From a bacterium (GTDB lineage: Bacteria; Zhuqueibacterota; Zhuqueibacteria; Oceanimicrobiales; Oceanimicrobiaceae): DNA of 64,000 nt. Both the position numbers and the translations under genes were made by a program. Positions 17,825 to 27,499 of this stretch are shown here, piece by piece; position 1 is the first letter of the stretch, and every line of letters begins with the position of its first letter. The notes below the pieces were generated by a model. That model saw only the letters and a list, made by a program, of their open reading frames with translations, was not told the DNA's origin and ran no database searches. The stretch spans positions 36,144-100,143 of the forward strand of contig JBHHXT010000003.1 in the NCBI GenBank assembly GCA_046757165.1. Reading direction: 5' to 3'.

Positions 17825-19174
17825 ATGGGGAGCTTATCTTCATTAGAGATCTTGGTTGTTGAAGATAATGACGGGGTCCGCAATGCCATCTTCTATCTGC
17901 TTCGAAAATCCGGATTTGCGGTCGAGGCAGTGGATAACGGCCTGGCAGCGCTAGCGAGACTGCAGCAGCAGTATTTTGATCTGGTGATTTCCGACTACAA
18001 GATGAAAAAGATGGATGGCATTCAATTGCTGGGGGAGATCAAGAAGAATTGGCCTGCGACGGAGGTGATTATCATCACGGCCTTTGGCACCATTTCGCGC
18101 GGTGTGGAGGCGATAAAGCTGGGGGCGTTTGATTACATCACCAAACCGTTTGACAATCAGGAATTGCTCAGGATTGTGAAGCGGTTCGTGGAGAAGCGCG
18201 AGGCCGGGACGCAGGCGCGGGAACGGACACAAAAACTGCGGCAGTTGGCTGAGTTTGACGCAATTGTGGGGACCTCGCACAAAATGGTTGAGTTGTTGGA
18301 AGTGGTGGTGCGCATCGCCAGCAGAGACAGCACGATCCTCATCACTGGCGAGAGCGGGACGGGCAAAGAGCTGGTCGCCAAATCTATCCATGCGTTGAGT
18401 CCCCGTAAGCATAAGCCGTTTGTTGCAATCAACTGCGGCGCCATACCGGAGAACTTGCAGGAGAGTGAGCTCTTTGGCCATAAGAAGGGGGCGTTCACGA
18501 GCGCCGACAAAGACAAACAAGGCTTGTTTGAAGTGGCCGATGGTGGCACGGTGTTCCTCGACGAAGTTGCTGAAATGGCCGCCTCCACCCAGGTCAAGCT
18601 GCTCCGCTTCTTGCAGGACGGTGAGGTGCGGAGGATTGGCGACAGCTTTCCACGAAAGGTGTGTGTGCGCGTGATCGTCGCGACCAACAAAAACCTGGAA
18701 AGTGAGGTCAAGGCCGGAACGTTCAGAGCAGATTTGTATTACAGAATCAATGTGATTCCGGTGCATGTGCCGCCTCTGCGGGAGCGCAGGGAAGACATCC
18801 CGTTGCTGGTGAACCACTTCGTTCAAAAATACAACGATACCAACAATACTCTGGTCAAGTCCGTTTCAAAGAGGGCTTGTTCCATGCTGATGAATTACGA
18901 TTGGCCCGGAAATGTGCGCGAACTGGAGAACGTGATTCATCGCTGTGTGGCGCTGGCGGCAAGTGAGGAGATTACCCCTGAGCTTCTCCCGGATGAAATC
19001 CGGAAGAGGGCGGCCGAAATAGCCCCCGACACTAGCGCTGGCAAGAAAAACCTGGCAGACATTGAGCATGAAGTCATCCTTGCGACGTTGAAACGCATGA
19101 AGGGCAACAAACAAAAAACCGCCAAAGAGCTCGGAATTTCCAAAACGACTTTGTGGAGAAAACTAAAAGTCTGA
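17825..19174 (+). CDS. Sigma54-dependent response regulator (NtrC/AtoC family; REC-AAA+-Fis HTH)
   Basis: REC domain (VVED, ISDYKM, KPF), [29 protein letters not shown] and a C-terminal HTH. Confidence 0.95.
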   Translation: MGSLSSLEILVVEDNDGVRNAIFYLLRKSGFAVEAVDNGLAALARLQQQYFDLVISDYKMKKMDGIQLLGEIKKNWPATEVIIITAFGTISRGVEAIKLGAFDYITKPFDNQELLRIVKRFVEKREAGTQARERTQKLRQLAEFDAIVGTSHKMVELLEVVVRIASRDSTILITGESGTGKELVAKSIHALSPRKHKPFVAINCGAIPENLQESELFGHKKGAFTSADKDKQGLFEVADGGTVFLDEVAEMAASTQVKLLRFLQDGEVRRIGDSFPRKVCVRVIVATNKNLESEVKAGTFRADLYYRINVIPVHVPPLRERREDIPLLVNHFVQKYNDTNNTLVKSVSKRACSMLMNYDWPGNVRELENVIHRCVALAASEEITPELLPDEIRKRAAEIAPDTSAGKKNLADIEHEVILATLKRMKGNKQKTAKELGISKTTLWRKLKV

Positions 19175-19206
19175 GTTTGTGACGCGGTCAGGAAAGGAGG
19201 AGTCTA

Positions 19207-19914
19207 GTGGCTGAGAGAAGTGAAGTGAGTCAAGGCAGGGCGCTTGTCTTTCGAGCCTTTCTCATTTTGATCATGATGGTCATTGTGTTTACGGTTTCTT
19301 ATAGATTCTTTGACCTCGGGAAAGTGCATGAAAATCCCAGGTTATCTCATCTGGAAAAATCGCTCCAGGACATTCGGGCGGCCATGAACGTCGACAGCGT
19401 GCGGCAATACAATATTCAAAAGATTATGAAAATAATCAACCGATACAACAAAGACATGCCATCCGGGATGAAATACGAAATTGCCGATGAAATCTACGCC
19501 ATGAGCGTGAAATATACCAACCTGGACGTGGATCTGATTTGTGCCACCATCACCCACGAAAGCGGCGGCACGTGGGAACCTGAAGTCGAATCAGAATCCG
19601 GGGCGATGGGGTTGATGCAGATCATGCCTGCCACCAGCCTGTGGATCGCCCATTACGAAGGCATTACCTGGACCTCGTCGGAAGATGTGCTGTTCAATCC
19701 GATTTACAACATCCGAATCGGTTGTCGTGAGCTCTCGACGTTTATCGACATGTACGATCTCGAAGGCGGGTTGGCGGCGTATAACGGCGGCGAGAAACGT
19801 GCGGCGATCTGGCTCGCCAACAATAAGGCCAAGGGGCTTCTCTGGGCCGAAACCAGCAACTACATTCCTCACATTCTCCTCCTGTATAACGAGTTTAAGG
19901 AAATTACGCTGTAA
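19207..19914 (+). CDS. Membrane-anchored lytic transglycosylase (SLT domain)
   Basis: TM segment; THES, GAMGLMQIMP, AAYNGG and ETSNY motifs. Confidence 0.9.
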   Translation: MAERSEVSQGRALVFRAFLILIMMVIVFTVSYRFFDLGKVHENPRLSHLEKSLQDIRAAMNVDSVRQYNIQKIMKIINRYNKDMPSGMKYEIADEIYAMSVKYTNLDVDLICATITHESGGTWEPEVESESGAMGLMQIMPATSLWIAHYEGITWTSSEDVLFNPIYNIRIGCRELSTFIDMYDLEGGLAAYNGGEKRAAIWLANNKAKGLLWAETSNYIPHILLLYNEFKEITL

Positions 19915-19981
19915 CAATTTGTAGATGACGAAATCGAAAGATATCTTGACTTTGTCTTATTATTATTTAATTTCATGAGCT

Positions 19982-20806
19982 GTGCAGCCCAACCATGAAT
20001 CATCTAAGTCTGCAAAACTCATGCATGCTTCTCCGAAAAGCCCACATCTGACTGAATCGCGGGAGTGGTCAAAGCATCGGGCCTACTTCTCCGACCTCTG
20101 CCAGGCAATCAATTCCAAGAGTGAGATAGAAGATATATGCCTTGAAATTCATCAGCACATCCAGCACATCTTACGGGTTGATGTCTTCAAGTGTGCTCTG
20201 CTGGATGAGCATTCCGGGGTGGCAGCATGGGTGTATGGCGCCGGACAAACGGACCTCTCCAATGTGGCCCCCTCGCTCACTGCAGATGATTGGTTCAGAG
20301 AGGCTGCTGCCAGCAGGGACATGATTTGCAAAGAGCAGAAATACGGGCAGGAGATCATTTGTCCGATGATTTGCGACAATCGTGTCCTGGGCGCCATCGT
20401 CATTGAAGCCCATCGCCCCGGATCATGGGCAGAGCAGGAGCTGGCGCTCCTGGCGATTATTGCCAGCTACCTGGCCCTGGTTCTGCATCATCACTCCCTG
20501 GTGGTCGAACTCGAGAACGTTCAGCAAGAACAAGTCCAGTTCGAAGAGATTGTCCGCAAGAATAAGAAGCTGCTATCCATCATCGAGCTGGCACGCTCGA
20601 TCGCCCATGAGCTCAACCAGCCGTTGACGGGCATTTCCGGCTATTGCACGCTGATCAAGGAGCAAATCAGCGCCGACCATGAGATCGTGCGGGACATTGA
20701 TGAGATTCAGCGACAGGCTGAACGATTGGAAGAATTGGTGTACAGATTTCAAAACGTGGCCCATGTAGAATATAGCGAGAACCAGAGAAAGAGCCCACCG
20801 TTCTAA
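19982..20806 (+). CDS. GAF plus HisKA protein lacking the HATPase domain (start uncertain)
   Basis: GAF-like segment (ICPMICDNRVLGAI) and AHELNQPLTGI; the ORF ends shortly after the DHp helices. Confidence 0.75.
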   Translation: MQPNHESSKSAKLMHASPKSPHLTESREWSKHRAYFSDLCQAINSKSEIEDICLEIHQHIQHILRVDVFKCALLDEHSGVAAWVYGAGQTDLSNVAPSLTADDWFREAAASRDMICKEQKYGQEIICPMICDNRVLGAIVIEAHRPGSWAEQELALLAIIASYLALVLHHHSLVVELENVQQEQVQFEEIVRKNKKLLSIIELARSIAHELNQPLTGISGYCTLIKEQISADHEIVRDIDEIQRQAERLEELVYRFQNVAHVEYSENQRKSPPF

Positions 20807-20846
20807 TGACGATTTTTTCAGTAAACAAAGTCTCATTGAGATTTCG

Positions 20847-21998
20847 ATGGCAGAGACACACAAGCATATCTTGATCGTCGATGATGAGGAAGTCATTCGA
20901 GACATCTGCGCGCGCAGCCTGGAATCCCGCGGCTACCAGGTGGAGCTGGCCGAAAACGGTCTGAAGGCGCAGGAGCGGTTGCGAGAAAAGGCGATCGACG
21001 TCGTGTTCACAGATTTCAGGATGCCGTTGATGGATGGTATCGAGTTGCTGGGGGCCATTAAGCGGGATTATCCGCATGTGGAGGTGGTGATCATGACGGC
21101 GTTTGCCACCATCGAAAGTGCGATTTATGCCATGAAAAATGGCGCTTATGATTTCATCCTCAAGCCGGTCAAACCCGAGCTGATCCGAGTCGTGGCCGAG
21201 AAGTGTTTTGAGAGAATCCAGTTGAGCGAAGAGAACAAGGCCCTGCGGCTGGCGAATCAAAAGCTGGTCGACCTGCAAAACATGAAGAACAAGTTTATCG
21301 CCGTCACCAGCCACGAACTAAGAACGCCGGTCAGTCATCTGAAGGGATTCATCGGCATCCTGACCGACGACAGCATTCGCAGTCAGCTTTCGGCACGCGA
21401 AGAAGCGCAGTGTAAGCAGGTGATCATGGAAGCCATTTCCGACCTCGAGGAAATGGTCATGGAAATGCACAATCTCATCGACCTTGAAGATGGCAAGTTG
21501 ATGTTACGATCCGAGTCCGTCGATATCAACCTGCTGAGCCGGAACTGTGTAAGCGCCTACAACTTGAGCGCAAAAAAACGGCACCACGTCCTGGACCTGA
21601 CCGCGTGCGAGCAAGGCCTGATGGTATTTGTTGACCGAAGCCAGATCAAGGGCGTCATCAACGAGCTCATTCAAAACGCGATCAAGTTTACTCCAGACCG
21701 GGGAAAGATCAACGTTACCACCCGCAAGGAAGGCGACTATGCTGTCATCAGCGTGAAGGATAACGGCATCGGCATCGAAGAGAGTGAGCAGGGCAAAATA
21801 TTCGAGAAATTCTATGAGATTCAGGACAGCAACTATCACAGCTCCAGCAAAGAGAAGTTCCTGGGTGGCGGATTGGGTCTGGGATTGCCGATGGTGCGCG
21901 CCATTGTGGAAGCGCATGGCGGCAGCGTAAGAGTCAACAGCAAGAAGGGCAGTGGCAGTGAGTTTATGGTTTATTTGCCACTAAATGGCAAGCAGTAG
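20847..21998 (+). CDS. Hybrid REC-HisKA-HATPase histidine kinase
   Basis: IVDDE/TDFRMP receiver; SHELRTP; NAIKF, DNGIG and GLGLGL boxes. Confidence 0.93.
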   Translation: MAETHKHILIVDDEEVIRDICARSLESRGYQVELAENGLKAQERLREKAIDVVFTDFRMPLMDGIELLGAIKRDYPHVEVVIMTAFATIESAIYAMKNGAYDFILKPVKPELIRVVAEKCFERIQLSEENKALRLANQKLVDLQNMKNKFIAVTSHELRTPVSHLKGFIGILTDDSIRSQLSAREEAQCKQVIMEAISDLEEMVMEMHNLIDLEDGKLMLRSESVDINLLSRNCVSAYNLSAKKRHHVLDLTACEQGLMVFVDRSQIKGVINELIQNAIKFTPDRGKINVTTRKEGDYAVISVKDNGIGIEESEQGKIFEKFYEIQDSNYHSSSKEKFLGGGLGLGLPMVRAIVEAHGGSVRVNSKKGSGSEFMVYLPLNGKQ

Positions 21999-22104
21999 CA
22001 AGAAGGGGCAGAGTATTCTGATCTGGTATAAAGAATGACAGAGCGGGTAATGATCCGACACCGTTTGTAACGGTGTGTCTTTGCAAGTCCAGGTTCTGTC
22101 CCCT

Positions 22105-23931
22105 TCAGTTGTAATACCTCCCTCTATAGTCTTTGATGTCCGCTTTGTCCCGAATCTCGGAGTACCAGCTGCTAAAAATCAGGCTCTCTCTGCGCTGTTT
22201 CATTTGCGCGGCCAGTCGGGCTTTTTGGGACGCGAAATCTTGCTCGTCGAATTTGTCCTTTTCGATCAATTTGAGAACGTAAACCCCTCTCGTTCCTTCT
22301 ACGGGCGCGGAGATGTCGCCAGTCTCGTCGAGGGCGAAGGCCGCGCCAATAAACTTGATGTCTCGTCCGACACCCGGCACTGAGCCCGCGCGGTTGAACG
22401 GCGTGGGTTCCTTCACCTGCAGGCTGTCCCGGGCCGCTGCCTCCCGGAATGATATTCCAGTTTGAATCTCCTGATAGACATGCTGCGCTCGCTCACCCGC
22501 CTTTTCCATTCGTCTGTCAGAAAGCAGTTTGTTTTTGATGACGGTTTTCACCTCTTCTAAAGGTTTGATGTTTTCCGGTTTCATCTCAGAAATACGATAG
22601 ACCAGGTACCCTTTATCGATCTCGACGACGGGGCTGACGTCGCCGACCTCGTTGGCGAAGGTGAAATTCGCTACCTTTTGATTACGGCCAATTCCTGGAA
22701 CGAAAAGACCTTTGACGAAGAGTCCTGTGGTGAGTACGGTATCGGCTACCTCATTTGCCAGGTCGGCGAAGGGCGTGGTTTGGGCTTCGGCCGCCAGATA
22801 CTGCGCGTCATCCCGGGCCTTGTTGACCGTTTTCCTGGAAGGCTCGAATTTGAACAGGATATGGCTGGCTTTGAGCTCTTCCTTGTCGCCTTTGCGTTTG
22901 TCTTCGATCTTGATCAGATGCAAGCCGAGGGCGGATTTGACCGGTCCGACGATGTCGCCCTGTTCGGCACCAAAGAGGTCGTCCTCGAAGGACTTGAACA
23001 TCACCAGGTCGCCCCTGGCAAAATAATCTAAGCTGCCACCTTTCTGGTTGGTTGCCGCGTCGTCCGAGTACATCTCGGCCAGGTCAGCAAAATCATCGCC
23101 TGCTCGGGCTTTTTCCAGCACGCGATTGGCGCGCTCGTAGATTTCCACCGTGTCCGCGGCCGTCGGTGCGGTTGAGAAGATCACGTACTCGATGGCGCGT
23201 TGTTCTGGCTGGCGATAATCCTCTTTGTGTTCTTTATAGTAGCGTTCGATCATCTCATCGGTGATGTCGATGTTCTCTGCGCTAAAGTCGCGCGGATTGA
23301 TGAAGATGTACTCGACTTTCACGTTCTGGTTTCGGTTCAAGTATTCACGTCTGACCTCATCCTCGGTGACTCGAACGCTGGCCCGGAGTCTTTGCTCGAG
23401 TTTCTCTCTTGGCAGGAAATCTCGCATATATCTCTCGATCGGCCGCCATTGGTCGGCGGTGTTGAGGTCATGGATTGCCTGCTTGTATTTTGCTTCATCA
23501 AACTGCTGCTGTTCGTTTTGAAACGCAGGTAGGCTTTTCAAAAAATCCGGCGGCGCCTCGAACAGGCGGTAGAGGATTTCTGCATCGGCTGCGGTGATGT
23601 CTTTTTCTTTGAACGTCTGCGCAAGCAACACCTGCTGCACCATGGAATTCCACACTTGATTTCGAATGAATTCGATCTGGTTGTCCTGTAGCTCCGCGCC
23701 GGTCTGGCTGCGGTATTGCTGCATCTGGCTGGTGAAGTTCTCATCAAAATCTTGTAGCGAGATCTCGACGCCGTTGATGACGCCGATGGCATTGGGATGT
23801 TTGCCGGTGATAATATCCATGATATTTGCTCCCCCAACCAACCCACCGACTGTCATGCTCAGGACAAACAGGACCAGTAATACGAAGAGGATTACGGCTG
23901 CCCTGTCCCTCATTTGAGTCATTACTGCCAT
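22105..23931 (-). CDS. PpiD/SurA-like periplasmic chaperone and parvulin peptidyl-prolyl isomerase
   Basis: N-terminal TM anchor, SurA-N-like region, FADLAEMYSDD…GGSLDY and KASHILF. Confidence 0.88.
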   Translation of the reverse strand: MAVMTQMRDRAAVILFVLLVLFVLSMTVGGLVGGANIMDIITGKHPNAIGVINGVEISLQDFDENFTSQMQQYRSQTGAELQDNQIEFIRNQVWNSMVQQVLLAQTFKEKDITAADAEILYRLFEAPPDFLKSLPAFQNEQQQFDEAKYKQAIHDLNTADQWRPIERYMRDFLPREKLEQRLRASVRVTEDEVRREYLNRNQNVKVEYIFINPRDFSAENIDITDEMIERYYKEHKEDYRQPEQRAIEYVIFSTAPTAADTVEIYERANRVLEKARAGDDFADLAEMYSDDAATNQKGGSLDYFARGDLVMFKSFEDDLFGAEQGDIVGPVKSALGLHLIKIEDKRKGDKEELKASHILFKFEPSRKTVNKARDDAQYLAAEAQTTPFADLANEVADTVLTTGLFVKGLFVPGIGRNQKVANFTFANEVGDVSPVVEIDKGYLVYRISEMKPENIKPLEEVKTVIKNKLLSDRRMEKAGERAQHVYQEIQTGISFREAAARDSLQVKEPTPFNRAGSVPGVGRDIKFIGAAFALDETGDISAPVEGTRGVYVLKLIEKDKFDEQDFASQKARLAAQMKQRRESLIFSSWYSEIRDKADIKDYRGRYYN

Positions 23932-23974
23932 ATTAGACCATCTCCTTCAAGTGCATAATTTTTGAAACGGAGAG

Positions 23975-24003
23975 AATATAATTCCATTTCGGTTAGGATG
24001 CAA
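23975..24003 (-). promoter_or_regulatory. Putative sigma70 promoter for the PpiD-like gene
   Basis: Minus strand TTGCAT-N17-TATATT. Confidence 0.55.
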
Positions 24004-24023
24004 GGTCTTTTTGGTAATTGACC

Positions 24024-24052
24024 TTGACATTTTGGCATAGCCTGATTATATT
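24024..24052 (+). promoter_or_regulatory. Putative sigma70 promoter for uvrB
   Basis: TTGACA-N17-TATATT. Confidence 0.65.
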
Positions 24053-24085
24053 TTCATAAAATGTAACAGGATGTGACGTACCAGA

Positions 24086-26095
24086 ATGGCCCAATTTGAC
24101 TTAGTCTCCGACTTTCAGCCCACGGGCGATCAACCCGACGCCATCGATGAGCTCTGCCAGCGAATTCTGAAGGGGGATAAATACCAAACTCTTCTCGGCG
24201 TTACCGGTAGCGGCAAGACCTTCACCATGGCCAACGTGATCGCCAGAATGGGGAAGCCAACCCTGGTCATCTCGCACAACAAGACACTGGCCGCGCAGTT
24301 GTACGGCGAGTTCAAGAGCTTTTTCCCGAAAAATGCTGTTGAGTACTTCATCAGCTACTATGACTATTACCAGCCGGAAGCGTACGTTCCCACCACAGAT
24401 ACTTATATCGAAAAGGACACCTCGATTAACGACGAAATCGACCGGCTGCGTCTAAAGGCCACGAGCTCGCTCTTGTCCCGGGACGATGTGATAATCATCG
24501 CCTCTGTTTCCTGTATCTACGGCCTGGGCGACCCGGAAGATTACCAGCATGAGTTGTTGATCTTGAGTCGGGGGCAGACTATCGAGCGCAATGAGATTTT
24601 AGCCAGGCTGGTCGAAAGCCACTATCTGCGCAATGATTTTGAGTTTGCACGCGGAACCTTCCGCGTGCGCGGCGATGTCGTCGAGATTTTCCCTGCTTAT
24701 GAGCAGGAGGCGCTCCGCATCGAGATGTTTGGGGATGAAATCGAGCGCATCAGTATCGTCGATACGCTCACCGGCGAGATTCTTTCGGCGCAAGAAACGG
24801 CCGCCATCTATCCGGCCAAACATTTTGTCACGCCGCAGCACAAAGTCGAGCGCGCCATTTTGACCATCCGCGAGGAGCTGGAGGAGCGTCTCAAATACTT
24901 TCGGGACAACGACAAGCTGCTGGAGGCGCAGCGGCTCGAGATGAGAACCAAGTACGACCTGGAGATGCTGCAGGAGTTGGGCACCTGCAGCGGCGTGGAG
25001 AATTACTCCAGACATTTGTCCGGACGGCAGCCCGGGCAACGACCGTACACATTGCTCGACTATTTCCCGCAGGGGTTCATGACCATCGTGGATGAATCGC
25101 ATGCAACCATTCCGCAGATAAACGGCATGTACCACGGGGACCGCTCACGTAAGGAGACGCTGGTCGAGCACGGCTTTAGATTGCCGTCGGCGCTGGATAA
25201 TCGCCCGCTGACCTTTGATGAATTCATGCGCATGATGAACCAGATGGTTTTCGTCTCTGCCACGCCAGCCGACTTCGAGCTCGAAAAATGCCAGGGCGTG
25301 GTCGTCGAGCAGATCATCCGCCCGACGGGTCTGATGGATCCTGAAATCGTCGTCAAACCGGTCAAACAGCAGATAGATGATCTGATCGCGGAGATACGGG
25401 AGTGCACCGCTCGCCGGGAGCGCGTGCTGGTCACCACCTTGACCAAGAGAATGGCAGAAGACCTGACGGACTATCTCGCCGGCATGGACATTCGCGTGCG
25501 CTATTTGCACTCCGAGATCAACGCGCTCGACCGGGTGGAGATTCTGCGCGACCTGCGTCTGTCTGAGTTTGATGTTTTGGTCGGCGTGAACTTGCTGCGT
25601 GAAGGTCTCGATCTGCCGGAGGTGTCGCTGGTGGCTGTTCTGGATGCCGACAAGGAAGGCTTCCTGCGCTCGGAGCGCTCTTTGATGCAAATCGCCGGCC
25701 GTGCCGCCCGTAACGTGGCCGGAAAGGTGATTTTTTATGCCGACAGAATTACGCAGTCGATGCAACGCACAATCGATGAAACAAACCGGCGTCGAACCCT
25801 GCAGGCCAAATACAATGAGGTGAACACCATCGAACCGAAGTCGATTTACAAGTCTTACGAACAAGTGATGAGCTCCACTCGAGTGGCAGACGTTCGAGCG
25901 CAGAAGTGGGGCCAGGCCAGGCGTGTCGAAGGTTCACACTGGAAAAAGCTCTCTCCGCTTGAAAAAGAGGAGCTGCTCGACCGGTTGGAGAAGGAAATGC
26001 TCGATGCCGCCCGCAAGCTCGATTTTGAACGCGCTGCTGAGCTGCGCGATGAAATCGACCGTCTGACCGGAAAAAAGAAATTTGCCTGGAGCTGA
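24086..26095 (+). CDS. uvrB: Excinuclease ABC subunit B
   Basis: [29 protein letters not shown] and a C-terminal UVR domain. Confidence 0.99.
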   Translation: MAQFDLVSDFQPTGDQPDAIDELCQRILKGDKYQTLLGVTGSGKTFTMANVIARMGKPTLVISHNKTLAAQLYGEFKSFFPKNAVEYFISYYDYYQPEAYVPTTDTYIEKDTSINDEIDRLRLKATSSLLSRDDVIIIASVSCIYGLGDPEDYQHELLILSRGQTIERNEILARLVESHYLRNDFEFARGTFRVRGDVVEIFPAYEQEALRIEMFGDEIERISIVDTLTGEILSAQETAAIYPAKHFVTPQHKVERAILTIREELEERLKYFRDNDKLLEAQRLEMRTKYDLEMLQELGTCSGVENYSRHLSGRQPGQRPYTLLDYFPQGFMTIVDESHATIPQINGMYHGDRSRKETLVEHGFRLPSALDNRPLTFDEFMRMMNQMVFVSATPADFELEKCQGVVVEQIIRPTGLMDPEIVVKPVKQQIDDLIAEIRECTARRERVLVTTLTKRMAEDLTDYLAGMDIRVRYLHSEINALDRVEILRDLRLSEFDVLVGVNLLREGLDLPEVSLVAVLDADKEGFLRSERSLMQIAGRAARNVAGKVIFYADRITQSMQRTIDETNRRRTLQAKYNEVNTIEPKSIYKSYEQVMSSTRVADVRAQKWGQARRVEGSHWKKLSPLEKEELLDRLEKEMLDAARKLDFERAAELRDEIDRLTGKKKFAWS

Positions 26096-26769
26096 TGACA
26101 GATAGACCCCCAAAGTATGTGGCGATCATCGGCGACCTGGTCGGCTCGCGCGCGATGGCGCCGGACGAGCGCAACCAGGTTCAGAAGAGATTCCAGGTGG
26201 CGCTCGACCGGGTCAATGTGGCGTTCAAAGACGAGCTTGCCGCGCTTTTTCTGATCACGGCCGGCGATGAAACACAGGGCATTTTGCACCGGCCGGACTG
26301 CTCCTACGAGATTTTGCGCCAAATTCAGTTTGAGCTCTGGCCGGCCCGCATCGTCTTTGGTGTCGGGTATGGTCCGATGACGACGCCACTGAAAGAATAT
26401 GCCGTCGGCGCCGATGGTCCGGCCTTCTATCGGGCACGCCAGGCGCTGGAACAAGCCAGGGCAGAACGCAAGGCGTATGGAAAGTCCATCCGCCGCGAGG
26501 TCCTGTTCGATTCGGACGAGTCTTTCAAAGATGAGGTGGTCAACGCGCTTTTCCTGGCCATATCCGTCTTGCGCGGTCAGTGGACGCAAAAGCAGTGGCA
26601 GATTTTGCGATTGGTGCAGCAAGGCGCCACCCCATCCGATATTTCGACCTCCCTGGCTGTTCCGAGGTCCAACATCAGTCGCACGCTGCACGCCAGCTAT
26701 TATCGCGAATTTGAGCGCATCGTCGCAGCGTTGCAAAGTTATCTCAAGCACGGAATTGAGGAAAGATGA
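26095..26769 (+). CDS. satD: SatD-family protein with a C-terminal HTH
   Basis: AIIGDLVGSR, TAGDETQG, DGPAFYRAR, WTQKQ and an HTH; ATG overlaps the uvrB stop. Confidence 0.8.
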   Translation: MTDRPPKYVAIIGDLVGSRAMAPDERNQVQKRFQVALDRVNVAFKDELAALFLITAGDETQGILHRPDCSYEILRQIQFELWPARIVFGVGYGPMTTPLKEYAVGADGPAFYRARQALEQARAERKAYGKSIRREVLFDSDESFKDEVVNALFLAISVLRGQWTQKQWQILRLVQQGATPSDISTSLAVPRSNISRTLHASYYREFERIVAALQSYLKHGIEER

Positions 26770-26856
26770 TTAAGTCACTCAGTTATCAATGAGATGATAA
26801 TTTTATATGAGTTATCAAAAAAGTGGTAATTTCAGTCGAACCTGTGCGCTTGTGAC

Positions 26857-27243
26857 ATGACGTTCCAGATGACCCTGCCAGCCATTCCGGCACATGTACT
26901 GGTGAAATTCGGAGTTTACCTGGCGGTGGTATTGGTGGCGCACTGGCCGAGCAACTGGCTCATTCGGAAGATCATCAAGCGCTGGAAGCCGGATGAGGAG
27001 GACCTGCAGGACAACATGGGGGCATTTATCGGAACTCTGGAAAGAGTCTTGACGATCTTGCTGGTTGGATTGGGGGCGCTGACCGCCGTCGGTCTGGTGG
27101 TCACCATGAAATCGATTGCACGCTACGACAAGTTGCGAACAGAAAAACCATTCGCAGAATATTTTCTCGCCGGCACCATGTTGAGCATGCTGCTGGGCCT
27201 CATTCTGGGACTCATTGCCCAGAGGTCGGTTGGAGCGATTTAG
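26857..27243 (+). CDS. Small membrane protein resembling the C-terminal half of DUF3307 (SatE-like)
   Basis: GAFIGTLER…KSIARY…FAEYFLAGTMLS; hydrophobic; follows satD. Confidence 0.7.
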   Translation: MTFQMTLPAIPAHVLVKFGVYLAVVLVAHWPSNWLIRKIIKRWKPDEEDLQDNMGAFIGTLERVLTILLVGLGALTAVGLVVTMKSIARYDKLRTEKPFAEYFLAGTMLSMLLGLILGLIAQRSVGAI

Positions 27244-27371
27244 GGGCATGTGCAAGAATAACTTGGTAAATTGCTGTGGCCGGATTTCTATAAACCTGTT
27301 ACCCTTAACGGGGTTGACGTTCAGTGTGTCACGCGATGCGACCATCAGTCAGGACAGCCAATAGAGGCAAC

Positions 27372-27445
27372 AACCGCGGAGCGGTGACATGTTTGTAGTG
27401 TGTCCGGTTGAACTAACTATCAAACCCTGATAGGGATGACATGTC
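27372..27445. repeat. Two REP-like short hairpins, each followed by TGACATG
   Basis: ACCGC-GGA-GCGGTGACATG…GTAG and CCCT-GAT-AGGGATGACATG. Confidence 0.45.
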
Positions 27446-27499
27446 AAGGGCATTTACTGAAGATTACCAACTTGTTTCTACGCAAGCTCTAAAGAGAGA

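Noticed and set aside
23990..24085. LexA/SOS box upstream of uvrB
   Set aside because: No convincing palindrome matching a LexA motif I know, and the motif for this lineage is unknown to me
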